From assembly GCA_016181585.1 (NCBI GenBank), contig JACOYX010000025.1, positions 1 to 40,996 on the forward strand: a stretch of DNA of 40,996 bases. Reading direction: 5' to 3'. Position 1 is the stretch's first letter. Every line of letters begins with the position of its first letter. Source of the stretch: Candidatus Sungiibacteriota bacterium (GTDB lineage: Bacteria > Patescibacteriota > Minisyncoccia > Sungbacterales > HO2-52-23). The notes beneath the pieces were generated by a model. It did not search any database. It saw only the letters and a list, made by a program, of their open reading frames with translations, and was not told the DNA's origin. Positions 24,093 to 33,133 of the stretch are shown here, piece after piece. A program made the position numbers and the translations under genes.

Positions 24093-24397
24093 TTAACGTC
24101 CCAGCAATTGCATGAATTGACTGCTGCCTTGAATAGATTTCATTATTTGCTGTTGTAGTTGTTCGGTTCGTTCCGCTCTTACTTGACCGGGGCTTGGCAG
24201 TGCCGCGGCTGCTGAACCGGGTATAGTGAACTTAACCGACGTGATCGATGGTGCAACGGTAAGTCCGCTGCAAATTAAGTGGAACGTAGTTAACTCGCCC
24301 TTTGCGAGTCGTGCCGCACCCGGCTGACTTTGCAGAAAGTCAGAAAGATCATGTTGCGCTGTGTCATTTGGTTTTTTAATATTTCTAGTTCTTTCAT
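24093..24397 (-). pseudogene. Open frame of about 100 codons, separated from its only ATG by a 1-nt frame offset at an A6 tract
   Basis: ATG 24397 gives MKELEILKNQ... (stop after 35 aa). The adjacent frame is open from the A6 run (plus-strand T6 at 24372-24377) to TAA at 24093-24095 and has no ATG/GTG/TTG until codon 105 of the 120-codon stop-to-stop frame. One extra A would fuse them into about 103 aa. Confidence 0.3.
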
Positions 24398-24398
24398 T

Positions 24399-24490
24399 AG
24401 ACCCACTGATTAAAGATAAATCTACTGCAATTTCATAATTTCGGCCAAAATCGTCTCAAAATTTATTGGCTTACCTTACAGGTAGGCCGC
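24399..24490. repeat. Family A-like half element (degenerate)
   Basis: AGACCCACTGATTAAAGATAAATCTACTGCAATTTCATAATTTCGGCCAAAATCG... The right part matches the inner right arm of 30536-30789. Confidence 0.55.
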
Positions 24491-24540
24491 AAAATAAAAA
24501 TATGAGTTATCCACATATATATGTGAGCAGTTTTTTGAAA

Positions 24541-24572
24541 AGTAAAAAGGAGTTCGTTTGAGCGAACTCCTT
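24541..24572 (-). terminator. Rho-independent terminator of lon
   Basis: Minus strand: AAGGAGTTCG-CTCAAA-CGAACTCCTT followed by TTTTACTTTT. Confidence 0.75.
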
Positions 24573-24579
24573 TGTTGAT

Positions 24580-27084
24580 TTATGAGTTTTTTTGCGCCTC
24601 TCTATACGAAAGGATCAAATCATCGTCTGGAAAGGCTTCAAGCAATGCATCCCACCAAAATCGTTTCGGCAGAAATTCAATTTCTCTTTTTATTTCTTCG
24701 GGGATTTCATCGAGATCGCGTGCGTTGTCTTCGGGAATAATAAAGCGTTTTATTCCCGCACGATATGCGGCAAGCGCTTTTTCGCGTATACCTCCCACTG
24801 CGCCGATGACACCCAATTTCAAGTCAATTTCACCGGTGGCGCCTAAATTTGGCTGAATAGGTTTACCCTGAAACAAGCTATAAAGCGCCCATAGTATGGG
24901 AATACCAGCAGAAGGACCGTCTTTCGGGGTTGCTGAATCGCCAACGTGTACATGCACATAGTATTCTTTTTCCCGCTCTCGTTCGACGATGGAGCGCGAG
25001 AGCACTCCATTTTCAAGCATGAGGCTGTCAAACGCCACATCTACTGATTCTTCAATTAAATTTGAAATATCATGTGATGTTTCCGAACCGCGTACGCCGG
25101 TAACTTTAATTTTTCTTTGGTCACGGCCGCGCTCAAACATGATTTCAACATAAAAGAAATATCCGCCGGTTTCTGAAACGGCAAACATAGGCACGCATCC
25201 TGGCGGCAGTTTTTCAAAACGTTGTTCAGGATACACCAAAGGTTTTCCCGCATAGATATGCAAGTTTTGCTCGGTAATGTGGATATTATCCTGCTCGCCA
25301 AATTCTACACGCTCAAAGCGCAATGCGATTTTACGGGTAATTTCTCCAAGCAACCGTTCAAGCTGACGCACGCCGCTTTCTTCGGTATATTTTTCTATGA
25401 GCGAATGTATGGCATTGTCGCTAAACGATATCGCAAACGGCGGACGGCCGCCTCCCTGAGGAAGAGGGAACCCGTTTTTTATGATCATTTTTGGTATTAA
25501 ATGATGTTTTGCAATAGCCAGTTTTTCATAAGGGGTGTAGCCCGAAAGTTTTATGATTTCCATCCGGTCGCGAAGCGGCGGAGGAACTGTAGAAAGCGTA
25601 TTTGCGGTGCAGATAAAAAAGATTTTTGAGCAGTCGAACGGAACATCCAAACTACGGTCAAAAAAGTTTGCATTCTGTTCAGGATCTAAGAGTTCAAGGA
25701 GCGCTGCTGCGGCATCTCCGCGCACATCGCGGCCTATTTTATCGATTTCATCCAATAAAAACACCGGATTTTTGCTGCCGCCATTAATAAGGTGTTTTAC
25801 GATCTGTCCGGGTTCGGTGTGCATATAGGTAAAACCATGCCCTTTGATTTCCGATTCATCTCGAAGACCGCCGAGCGAGAATCGCACAAACTTTCTTCCG
25901 AGAGCGCGAGCGATGGACTTGCCGAGAGAAGTCTTTCCAACTCCAGGCGGCCCTACAAAGCATAGGATGGTGGTATTGGAAGTAGAATATTTGCGGACAG
26001 CGAGGTGCTCAAGCACGCGCTCCTTGGGCCGTTGAAGTCCCGCGTGATCCTGATCCAAAATATCTTTTGCGCGCACAATATCTGTATTGTCGCGCGTCTC
26101 CTCGAGAGAAAAAAGTTTGAGGAGATACACTAAATGACTTTTGGCATCGTGCGATTTTTCTTCCTTTTGGAAACGCTCCAGCGCACTTTCTATCTCTTCT
26201 TGCACGTTTAACGGCAATTGCGGTTTAATTTTTTGGTACTGCTGGCGGCATTTTTCGTATTCAGCGTTTCTTACGCTCACATTGCCTCCGCTTTTTGTTG
26301 TTTTATTGGTTTCGGGATTGCTATTGTTCGTGCCTTCTGCTTCCGGTCTCGCGGGAAAGTCTATCTCTTCACGAATATCTTCAAAAAACGCCGCTAAAAG
26401 TCCCATGCGATACATAACATTCGGTTCAATCAGGTAACTGCGGAGAAACTTCATGACGCGTTCAAATTTGCTATAGGCGTTAAGCAAGTGCGCTCCTTGA
26501 TCTAAATAGATTCCAAGTGTGTTGCGATCGAGCTCCGTATTATTCAAAGCGCGAGGGGTAAACCCCGCTACGCCGACAATATTGAGGTCTATCTCGCTGG
26601 TAAAACCATCTAGATATTTGCCGATAAGATCCATGCGCTCTTTAAAATATGAAGTTTGGAATACGGCCGAAGCAGGCGCTTCTTCTTTAAGAATTTCCCA
26701 ATTTTGGCATACGAATATTTTGTTGAACTCAACGTGGTGCATTTTAACGCGGTATGTGCACTCAACTTCAACGCGCAATGCTTTGCGGAGTTCTTCTTTT
26801 TTTCGAATAATACCCATTACGCCGTATGTGTAGGGGATAGGAGGGATCACAATATCGCCGTGATCTTCGGTGACTCTGTATAAATCGGTGTGGCTTACTA
26901 TGACCAGCGAAGATAGTTTAAGCAGTTTTTTGAGCTGTGGACTCGAAACCAGTACGGAAATAATAACGCCGGGAAAAGTGATGATAGGATGGTTATAATC
27001 CTCGCCGTGATACTGGAATACGGGAACGGGAACTTGCGCTATTGGTAGTACTTTTGGTTCTTGCGGTGTTTCTGCGGATTCCAT
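24580..27084 (-). CDS. lon: ATP-dependent Lon protease (LonA type)
   Basis: Walker A GPPGVGKTS, Walker B VFLLDEIDK, LLDPEQN, RDRMEII. Protease domain KDGPSAGIPIL (Ser) and GGIREKALAA (Lys). 834 aa. Confidence 0.95.
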   Translation of the reverse strand: MESAETPQEPKVLPIAQVPVPVFQYHGEDYNHPIITFPGVIISVLVSSPQLKKLLKLSSLVIVSHTDLYRVTEDHGDIVIPPIPYTYGVMGIIRKKEELRKALRVEVECTYRVKMHHVEFNKIFVCQNWEILKEEAPASAVFQTSYFKERMDLIGKYLDGFTSEIDLNIVGVAGFTPRALNNTELDRNTLGIYLDQGAHLLNAYSKFERVMKFLRSYLIEPNVMYRMGLLAAFFEDIREEIDFPARPEAEGTNNSNPETNKTTKSGGNVSVRNAEYEKCRQQYQKIKPQLPLNVQEEIESALERFQKEEKSHDAKSHLVYLLKLFSLEETRDNTDIVRAKDILDQDHAGLQRPKERVLEHLAVRKYSTSNTTILCFVGPPGVGKTSLGKSIARALGRKFVRFSLGGLRDESEIKGHGFTYMHTEPGQIVKHLINGGSKNPVFLLDEIDKIGRDVRGDAAAALLELLDPEQNANFFDRSLDVPFDCSKIFFICTANTLSTVPPPLRDRMEIIKLSGYTPYEKLAIAKHHLIPKMIIKNGFPLPQGGGRPPFAISFSDNAIHSLIEKYTEESGVRQLERLLGEITRKIALRFERVEFGEQDNIHITEQNLHIYAGKPLVYPEQRFEKLPPGCVPMFAVSETGGYFFYVEIMFERGRDQRKIKVTGVRGSETSHDISNLIEESVDVAFDSLMLENGVLSRSIVEREREKEYYVHVHVGDSATPKDGPSAGIPILWALYSLFQGKPIQPNLGATGEIDLKLGVIGAVGGIREKALAAYRAGIKRFIIPEDNARDLDEIPEEIKREIEFLPKRFWWDALLEAFPDDDLILSYREAQKNS

Positions 27085-27257
27085 GCGTGTTCTCCCTGTG
27101 TTTTCAAACAGCTAGTGTTAGTATACGCTCTAAATTTTTTAAATAACAAGGATTTTTTCTTCAAAAAAATATTTTTTGGGCAGTGTCAACTATTGCAAAA
27201 AGAAATGCCATGCTACTCTGAAAATAGATTTTTGAAAATTCTCCAAAAGGAAAAAAT

Positions 27258-29786
27258 ATGAAATACCGGAACGAACTTCCTTTGGAAGCGCGTCTTGAAA
27301 AAACCGCAGAAGATGAGTATCCGATGGATACCATCGAGAAAGGTGAAGAGGAGGAAATTCAGGCAGAACAGGAAGACGCACTGCCGTTTACCGGAAGTTC
27401 GCTTTCTGTCCTTCCCGAAACTTCGCTTGAGTCTCCCTACGAAATTTCTTTAGCGCCCGCTGTGCACCCTATGGTGCTTGCGATTAATTCTCCTTTGGTC
27501 GGACTTGTACAGCACCCCGATCCCATAGCAAAGCCCTTGCGCAACGCTCTATTTGTGGCAAAGGCGTGGGGATATCCGGTGGTATTGCTTACGGGAAATA
27601 TTTTGCATCTTGATACCACGCGCGCCGGAAAATTTCAGGGATTTCGCGCATTTGTATCCGACACCAATGCTTCGACTCCTTTGTTTGAAGGGGTAGAGAA
27701 GCGCTTGCATGCGCGTCTTAAAACACTCCGTGAGCAGATGACGGACAAAAATGGTGATCCTATTTTCCCGGGCGTGATTTATACCACATTCGGAAGATCC
27801 GAAGATGAAATTATTAACTATTGGGTCAATGAAAAAGTGAATCGTACGGTAGTGGCAGAGCGAGAGCGCATTGTGTATGCGCGAAAGACTGCAAAATCAG
27901 AGATAAAAACGCTTGAAAAAGTGCTAATTTGGGATATTAACGCACTTAATAACCCCGAAATCACGCCTGAAGAAAAAGATCACCTTGAAAAAGCGATAGA
28001 ACAAAATGAAAAAAAGCTTGCTGGGGTTAAAGAAGCTGTTGTCGAGCTCGAATATGAACGTGTGATCATCAGCGCTACCAATATTTCGGAAGCCGTGCGA
28101 AAGCAATGGTTTCTGGAAGCTCAAAAGCACTTGATTGATCTCTTTGAAGCGCACGTGCCGGGCATAAAAGTGATTGCAACGGGAAACTGCGTCATGCGTG
28201 TCGGCGGCAGGCTAATCCGTATCGAACAAAACCCGCGACAAACCATTTCTGACACATTTTCCGATCTTGTGCAGAATGAAACGCGCTCGCGCCTAAAAAA
28301 CGGCAAAAACGTTCCGGATCTTATCCTTCTTGCCGGGTATAGCATTTGCGGCGCGTATTTTCGAGTGAATTATCCAAAAAGCATGGACGATCCCAACGAA
28401 ATTACCAGTGTTCATGTGGTTCAGCTTCCTATGTGCATCGATGCCTCGTTTCTCCAGAGAATCGCGGATCTTTCGGTGCGGGTGGGGCCTTTTCTTACTC
28501 GGCTGATTACCTCCGAATATTTTACACCGGGTATTGTACCCTGTGGCTGGATAGCGAATTTTTTCACTTCGCACCCTTGGTGGAACCGCGACATCGCGCC
28601 GCATCCGCCGGAAAAAAAGGAAGGCACCTCTCTTGCGTATTCGCTTTTTGCCGAACCGGAAAAACTGACGGGTTTTTTTAAGACCTTGTTTATGTTTTAC
28701 AAGGAATCGGAAAGCGATATGCAGGAAGGCGGCAAACAGCAAGCGTATTACGATATTGAAGAGCCTCCGTTTCGACTGGCTCCCTATCAATTTCATCATG
28801 ATTTCTTTTTGAAGATCGGCGCTCCGATTCACCACTATTCCAATCTTGGCGATATTGTCCAAGGGGAAAACCATACCTTTTACCACCTTGAGATTTCGGA
28901 AAAATACCGTGAGCCGTACAAGGTGAAGCGGTATATCGAGGAAATTCTCGAAGCGGACATCCCCGTTGAAGAAAAATTGCGAAAACTTGGGCAGTGTGCG
29001 GTGCAAAATGCATGGCGAGTCGGCATCCAGCGGATCGACATGCAACTTGAGCAGTATATCCAGCAGGCGTACTACTCTGGCGGAGAATATTTTGCGCGCG
29101 TATTGCGCAATTGTAAAAGAACAGGTCTTACTTTTATCGGAAGAGCCGCACCTATTACGATTTTGGGCGGCAATCATTTTGGCAACACCGAAGGAGTTGG
29201 AAGGCATTTTAACGAAGCGGAAATCTGCGAAGGACGGCTCCGCGCGGTTTTGCGTGACCACCATCGTTTGAGCCGAGAAGACGTAAATACCCTTGTGCTT
29301 GCTCCTTTGGGAAGCGCACGGACTGTTTCGCGTATTTTAGGCGCTTTTGGATTTAATGGCGTCTATCCGTATTGTCTTTCTGCTAAGCATAAGCCTGGGC
29401 GGGGAGGCGCACGATATCAAAATCCCGTGAAGAAAATGCGTGCGGTGCGCGTGCGGATAGGAACTACCGAACCGATTTACCGCGACCGCTTTGTGCTCGA
29501 GGAGGCGGGACACATCGACCGCGATGCGTGGTGCATGATACCCAACGGATTCATATCGCTCTCACCCGGGCAGGAGTTTCAAGGTCCTTATGCGGAAGAA
29601 GAAGATTTTGCTTTAGCGGATATGGGTACGAAAGTGATCGGTTTGCCCGCACCCGCATTTCAGTGCGGTTCGAACGAAGTTTTTGGGCCGCTCGTTCATA
29701 TAAGTTTTGCCTATGAGGTATTTTATAAGTACATTAAAAAGCCGTGGAAAATTGACGTAAAGTCGCTTTTCCCGAATGCATTGTAA
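27258..29786 (+). CDS. Large (842 aa) cytoplasmic protein of unknown function; weak, degenerate metallophosphoesterase-like motif order
   Basis: Uninterrupted 842-codon ORF with AAGGA upstream and a strong terminator downstream. No TM or signal peptide. Motifs in order: ESDMQ, GDIVQGENH, LGGNHFGN, AGHIDRD. A similar but more degraded series occurs in the N-terminal half. Confidence 0.8.
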   Translation: MKYRNELPLEARLEKTAEDEYPMDTIEKGEEEEIQAEQEDALPFTGSSLSVLPETSLESPYEISLAPAVHPMVLAINSPLVGLVQHPDPIAKPLRNALFVAKAWGYPVVLLTGNILHLDTTRAGKFQGFRAFVSDTNASTPLFEGVEKRLHARLKTLREQMTDKNGDPIFPGVIYTTFGRSEDEIINYWVNEKVNRTVVAERERIVYARKTAKSEIKTLEKVLIWDINALNNPEITPEEKDHLEKAIEQNEKKLAGVKEAVVELEYERVIISATNISEAVRKQWFLEAQKHLIDLFEAHVPGIKVIATGNCVMRVGGRLIRIEQNPRQTISDTFSDLVQNETRSRLKNGKNVPDLILLAGYSICGAYFRVNYPKSMDDPNEITSVHVVQLPMCIDASFLQRIADLSVRVGPFLTRLITSEYFTPGIVPCGWIANFFTSHPWWNRDIAPHPPEKKEGTSLAYSLFAEPEKLTGFFKTLFMFYKESESDMQEGGKQQAYYDIEEPPFRLAPYQFHHDFFLKIGAPIHHYSNLGDIVQGENHTFYHLEISEKYREPYKVKRYIEEILEADIPVEEKLRKLGQCAVQNAWRVGIQRIDMQLEQYIQQAYYSGGEYFARVLRNCKRTGLTFIGRAAPITILGGNHFGNTEGVGRHFNEAEICEGRLRAVLRDHHRLSREDVNTLVLAPLGSARTVSRILGAFGFNGVYPYCLSAKHKPGRGGARYQNPVKKMRAVRVRIGTTEPIYRDRFVLEEAGHIDRDAWCMIPNGFISLSPGQEFQGPYAEEEDFALADMGTKVIGLPAPAFQCGSNEVFGPLVHISFAYEVFYKYIKKPWKIDVKSLFPNAL

Positions 29787-29791
29787 AAAAC

Positions 29792-29823
29792 AAATCCCCT
29801 TAACAGAAGGGGATTTTTACTTT
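29792..29823 (+). terminator. Rho-independent terminator of the 842-aa gene
   Basis: AAATCCCCTT-AACAG-AAGGGGATTT followed by TTACTTT. Confidence 0.8.
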
Positions 29824-29951
29824 AGACCTACTGCGTAAAGATACTTCTACTGCAATTTCTTAATTTAGGCCAAAATAGCTTCAAAATTTCTTGACTTATC
29901 TAAGCCGATAGGCCTCGAAATTTATTCAACGATTCTTTACGCAGTAGGTCT
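29824..29951 (-). mobile_element. MITE-like element, family A, inverted orientation with an internal deletion of about 35 bp
   Basis: AGACCTACTGCGTAAAGATAC ... CTTTACGCAGTAGGTCT. Its reverse complement aligns to 14164-14330 apart from one internal gap. Confidence 0.8.
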
Positions 29952-29959
29952 GTTCAGTA

Positions 29960-30496
29960 TTAAATCATCCTATACCTATATACACTATTTTCTATGCGCT
30001 CCGGCATCATACCTTTTATGATAAAGGAGTTTGAGATAATCAGGCTTCCGGGTTTGAGCTCGCTAGAAAGTTTTTCGCGGAGCGAAGCGTTGGTATGCGG
30101 CCAAAGATAGAGAAACACTACATCCGCATCGTAAAGCGGCACATCGCGAAAATTTGCATGGGTAACAGAAACATTTGCAATATTCATTTTCTTCGCACGT
30201 CGGCGTGTATGCCATGCAAGAAAGGGGTTGATTTCTATTCCGCGTGCGTCTGCGCCTTTTTGTGCGGCTTCAAAAAGAATTGCGCCGTTTCCAGAGCCAA
30301 GATCGTAGCACACGGTGCCTGCCCTGATTTCTGCAAGTTCTATCATCGTGCGAATGCGGTCTTTTTCGCTGGGGACAAACGGTGCGCCTTTGAGGTTTGA
30401 CCAAAATACCACATAAAAAAGAAACCACATAAATATTGCGGCGGATATCACTATAGATGCCATAACAAGCAGAGTAAATAAGAGAGAAGGAAACAT
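29960..30496 (-). CDS. Membrane-anchored class I SAM-dependent methyltransferase
   Basis: ATG 30496 (MFPSLLFTLLVMASIV..., TM). Motif I is VCYDLGSGNGAILFEAA. The track's N-terminal extension lies inside repeat 30536-30789. Confidence 0.8.
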   Translation of the reverse strand: MFPSLLFTLLVMASIVISAAIFMWFLFYVVFWSNLKGAPFVPSEKDRIRTMIELAEIRAGTVCYDLGSGNGAILFEAAQKGADARGIEINPFLAWHTRRRAKKMNIANVSVTHANFRDVPLYDADVVFLYLWPHTNASLREKLSSELKPGSLIISNSFIIKGMMPERIENSVYRYRMI

Positions 30497-30535
30497 ATTG
30501 TCAAGAATAGCAGGAATACCGAATGTTTCAAGTAA

Positions 30536-30789
30536 GGGTCTGTTGCCGAATTGTCTTATGAGCTGCAATTCCATAAATTCGGGCGAATCATATAGTGATT
30601 CGCGGGAAATTTAGCGAAGCCGGGTACTCCCGTGCGAAGCGTAAAATTTCCCCGGCTTTTGCTCAGGGAAGCAAAAGAATTTTCCAAAAAATTTCTTGGC
30701 TTACCTTGCAGGCAGGCCTCGAAATTTGTTTGAAAAATTTGCCTCGAATTTATTAAATTTCGCGACAAAGTCAATTCGGCAACAGACCC
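30536..30789. mobile_element. Family B large MITE-like element (254 bp), intact termini
   Basis: GGGTCTGTTGCCGAATT ... AATTCGGCAACAGACCC, flanked by direct AGTAA (30531-30535 and 30790-30794). Confidence 0.8.
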
Positions 30790-30791
30790 AG

Positions 30792-30816
30792 TAAAAATCC
30801 CGCCTTTGCGGGATTT
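30792..30816 (-). terminator. Rho-independent terminator of purB
   Basis: AAATCCCGC-CTTT-GCGGGATTT with a T-run on the minus strand. Confidence 0.75.
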
Positions 30817-30817
30817 A

Positions 30818-32254
30818 TTATGGTTTAGTTATATATGTTTCTGCAATAGCCGCTATCTCCAAAGCTTTTTCTCGCGCGTTGCCCGTATAGTGCGAAGGAT
30901 TGCGAAAGAGAGCATATATTTCAGAAGGAATGTTGCCAAGCGCCGTTTTTACTTCTGTGTTTTCTTCGGCGATTTTTCCAATTGCGACAATTAACGGTAT
31001 GTGCGCTTTTTTGGCTAGGGGAACACCGAGGCGGTTTACCAATTCATGGGCATCGTGCTCATATCCCGCCATTTGAAGCGCGATATATATTGGTTCGGCA
31101 AGAATAAGGCTGGCGCTTTTATTGAAATTTCTTCTGCATGCGTCTTGATCGATGGAGATACGCGATAAAAATGGCACGCCGTTTTTATCTTTTCGCAAAA
31201 GCGTTTCAAGCTGGCAGGTGAGATTCACTACGATAATAGGAAAATCGCGTGCCACGGAACTTCCGACCAAATCTCTTTGATGTTCGCTTAAAAGCGTGTC
31301 GAGCACTTTGCCGAATTCATTTTTGGTGCGAAACCACATGCCTTCTATATTTTCAAAATTCAGCGGATTTCTTTTGTGCGCCATAGAGGAGGATCCCACT
31401 TGATGATCTTCGAACCCTTCAGCAAGTTCGGCGATTTCACTGCGCATAAAATTGCGCCCATCTCTGCCGAATTGTGCCAGTACGGCGGAAAGCATTATGC
31501 AGGAGTGGAGAAAATAGGCAAGGGGTTCCGGGGGAAGGATTTGAGTGCTGATGGGCGCGGGTTTAAGATTCAGTTTTGCCAGCACGCGCTCTTCAAACGT
31601 TGTTTCTCCGCAACGCTCTTCGATGCCGAGTCCATATTGAGCGTTATGCGCTCCGACAGCTCCTGAAATTTTACCCGCGAGTTCTCTTGCGTGCTGTTCC
31701 AGTTTTTCTGTGTTGTAGCATATTCGGTTCAAGATGGTCGCAAACCAAAATCCTACGGTAATCGGCAATGCATGCTGGCCATGCGTTCTGCCGATTTGAA
31801 CCTCGCCAGCTAGTTTGCGGGTGAGCTCTATAAAAATCCGCATAGTTTCGCGAATCAAAGGTTTCAGCACTTGATTATATGCGCGGAAAAACTGAAGCGA
31901 ACGCGCTGTATCGAGCGCGTCGTAGCTCGTGAGCGGCACATGGATCCATTTTTTGAGCGGCGACGGCGCTATTTCCTGGGCATTGCGTACCCATGCGCGG
32001 ATATCGTGCTTGGTGACACTGCGCTCGATTTCCTCCACTTCTGTCGTGGTGATGCGGAGCAAGTTTTTTATAACTTCAGGGGTAAGGAGCGCAATATCCT
32101 TTTTTGCGATAATGCCGATTTCCCCAAGCGTTTGCATGGTCGCAATTTCCACCTCACCCACCGGACTGAATAAATTATCGTAGCCGAATATCGGCTGGAG
32201 AGATTTTGGCTGATAGCGCGGATTGCCTGGAAGCATTAGGTTTTTCTTTTTCAT
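30818..32254 (-). CDS. purB: Adenylosuccinate lyase
   Basis: Fumarate-lyase superfamily signature GSSSMAHKRNP. Overall 478-aa PurB-like layout. GGGAG SD. Confidence 0.9.
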   Translation of the reverse strand: MKKKNLMLPGNPRYQPKSLQPIFGYDNLFSPVGEVEIATMQTLGEIGIIAKKDIALLTPEVIKNLLRITTTEVEEIERSVTKHDIRAWVRNAQEIAPSPLKKWIHVPLTSYDALDTARSLQFFRAYNQVLKPLIRETMRIFIELTRKLAGEVQIGRTHGQHALPITVGFWFATILNRICYNTEKLEQHARELAGKISGAVGAHNAQYGLGIEERCGETTFEERVLAKLNLKPAPISTQILPPEPLAYFLHSCIMLSAVLAQFGRDGRNFMRSEIAELAEGFEDHQVGSSSMAHKRNPLNFENIEGMWFRTKNEFGKVLDTLLSEHQRDLVGSSVARDFPIIVVNLTCQLETLLRKDKNGVPFLSRISIDQDACRRNFNKSASLILAEPIYIALQMAGYEHDAHELVNRLGVPLAKKAHIPLIVAIGKIAEENTEVKTALGNIPSEIYALFRNPSHYTGNAREKALEIAAIAETYITKP

Positions 32255-32272
32255 GGTTTGTCTCCCTTTTTA

Positions 32273-32292
32273 AGACCTTTTGCAAAAGGTCT
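32273..32292. promoter_or_regulatory. Perfect 20-bp palindrome in the purB 5' region (operator or 5'-UTR hairpin)
   Basis: AGACCTTTTGCAAAAGGTCT sits 19-38 nt upstream of the purB ATG. Confidence 0.4.
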
Positions 32293-32329
32293 ATAGTAAT
32301 GAACTATCTTAACTTGTACCGATTCTTTC

Positions 32330-32395
32330 TCAAAAAAGCAACGAAAAAAGCACGCGAAAGGTGATTGCTTTTTTGCAAAACCTTTCGCGTGCTTT
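32330..32395 (-). terminator. Strong terminator of the 32405 gene
   Basis: 15-bp stem AAAGCACGCGAAAGG / CCTTTCGCGTGCTTT, followed on the minus strand by TTTTTTCGTTGCTTTTTT. Confidence 0.8.
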
Positions 32396-32404
32396 GTAAC
32401 TTTT

Positions 32405-32755
32405 TTACCCTACCACTACCAAAAAGTCTTTGAAGGCCAACTCACCTTCTGATGGCGACATCAGCCGTGGACCGTCAAAGTATCGGGAAATATACCATTT
32501 TCCCGATCCGTACACATGTTTGCGGGACACCGAGGCGATGCTCTCGCATTCATATATACGGTTGTCGATAAAAGAGATTTGAGAGATATTTTCCCATCGA
32601 GGATCCGGTTTTACGCGGATCCTATACTCGTTCTCAGTATATTTTGAACGAATAACACCCTCCGGGAAAACACCGAATAAGTGCCAAATTTTCTCGTGTT
32701 TTTCAAGTGTTTTCACGAGAAATTCTCTTGAGCCGTAAAGCCTCCTATTTCCCAT
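32405..32755 (-). CDS. Hypothetical protein (116 aa)
   Basis: ATG 32755 with AAGGAGG 5 nt upstream, and a strong terminator downstream. No motif recognised. Confidence 0.7.
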   Translation of the reverse strand: MGNRRLYGSREFLVKTLEKHEKIWHLFGVFPEGVIRSKYTENEYRIRVKPDPRWENISQISFIDNRIYECESIASVSRKHVYGSGKWYISRYFDGPRLMSPSEGELAFKDFLVVVG

Positions 32756-32765
32756 GAGCACCTCC

Positions 32766-32900
32766 TTACTTTATTTCACCGCAACGATGCGCGTCCATCA
32801 AAGCGAGAGCTTCATCGTCGGAGAGAGTAATCATCTCTCTTTTTTCCCAGGTGACCTCACCGAATGTATTGAGCCCCTCCTCGTGTCCCGCAAGGATCAT
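32766..32900 (-). CDS. Micro-ORF, 44 aa (MILAGHEEGLNTFGEVTWEKREMITLSDDEALALMDAHRCGEIK)
   Basis: Its ATG overlaps the upstream micro-ORF stop (ATGA). Its TAA overlaps the SD of the 116-aa gene. Confidence 0.35.
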   Translation of the reverse strand: MILAGHEEGLNTFGEVTWEKREMITLSDDEALALMDAHRCGEIK

Positions 32901-32986
32901 GCAGGAACAATATAGATGGACCCAGTAATATAACTTGTTTCCATTTCGAAAATCAAATCGGGCAACCTGCCCGAAAGACCCGCCAT
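32897..32986 (-). CDS. Micro-ORF, 29 aa
   Basis: ATG lies 1 nt after the stop of the 19-aa ORF. Its stop overlaps the next ATG (ATGA). Confidence 0.25.
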   Translation of the reverse strand: MAGLSGRLPDLIFEMETSYITGSIYIVPA

Positions 32987-32987
32987 G

Positions 32988-33047
32988 TCAGTCGAACCCA
33001 AGCAGATTATTAAGGTCTTCGACCCGCTTCACCATTTTTCCGATCAT
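32988..33047 (-). CDS. Micro-ORF, 19 aa (MIGKMVKRVEDLNNLLGFD)
   Basis: Strong SD (AAGGAGGG) 3 nt upstream. It is the first ORF after the consensus promoter at 33134-33162. Confidence 0.35.
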   Translation of the reverse strand: MIGKMVKRVEDLNNLLGFD

Positions 33048-33133
33048 TTGCCCTCCTTTATTTTGATTTTTAAAAACAAGGTTTTATCTTTCATTTTTCC
33101 GGCGAGTACGCCTACACTGAGCGCACCGTTACT

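Noticed and set aside
24176-24215. CAGCAGCCGCGG on the minus strand, resembling the universal 16S rRNA 515 region, and a possible SRP-RNA-like GC-rich stretch
   Set aside because: Only about 12 nt match. The flanking sequence has no rRNA or SRP helix-8 signature (no GGAA tetraloop with AGCA/GGUCA loops).
28293-29264. 323-aa ORF antisense to the 842-aa gene
   Set aside because: It lies entirely inside and opposite a much longer ORF that has clean start and terminator signals. The translation is Arg/Lys/Phe-rich and low-complexity, as expected for a shadow frame. It has no SD or terminator of its own.
24580-29786. lon plus the divergent 842-aa gene as a BREX-like (BrxL) or other defence module
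   Set aside because: The protease is a canonical full-length LonA with substrate-binding, AAA+ and Ser-Lys domains. The two genes are divergent rather than in an operon, and no methyltransferase, helicase or nuclease partners are adjacent.
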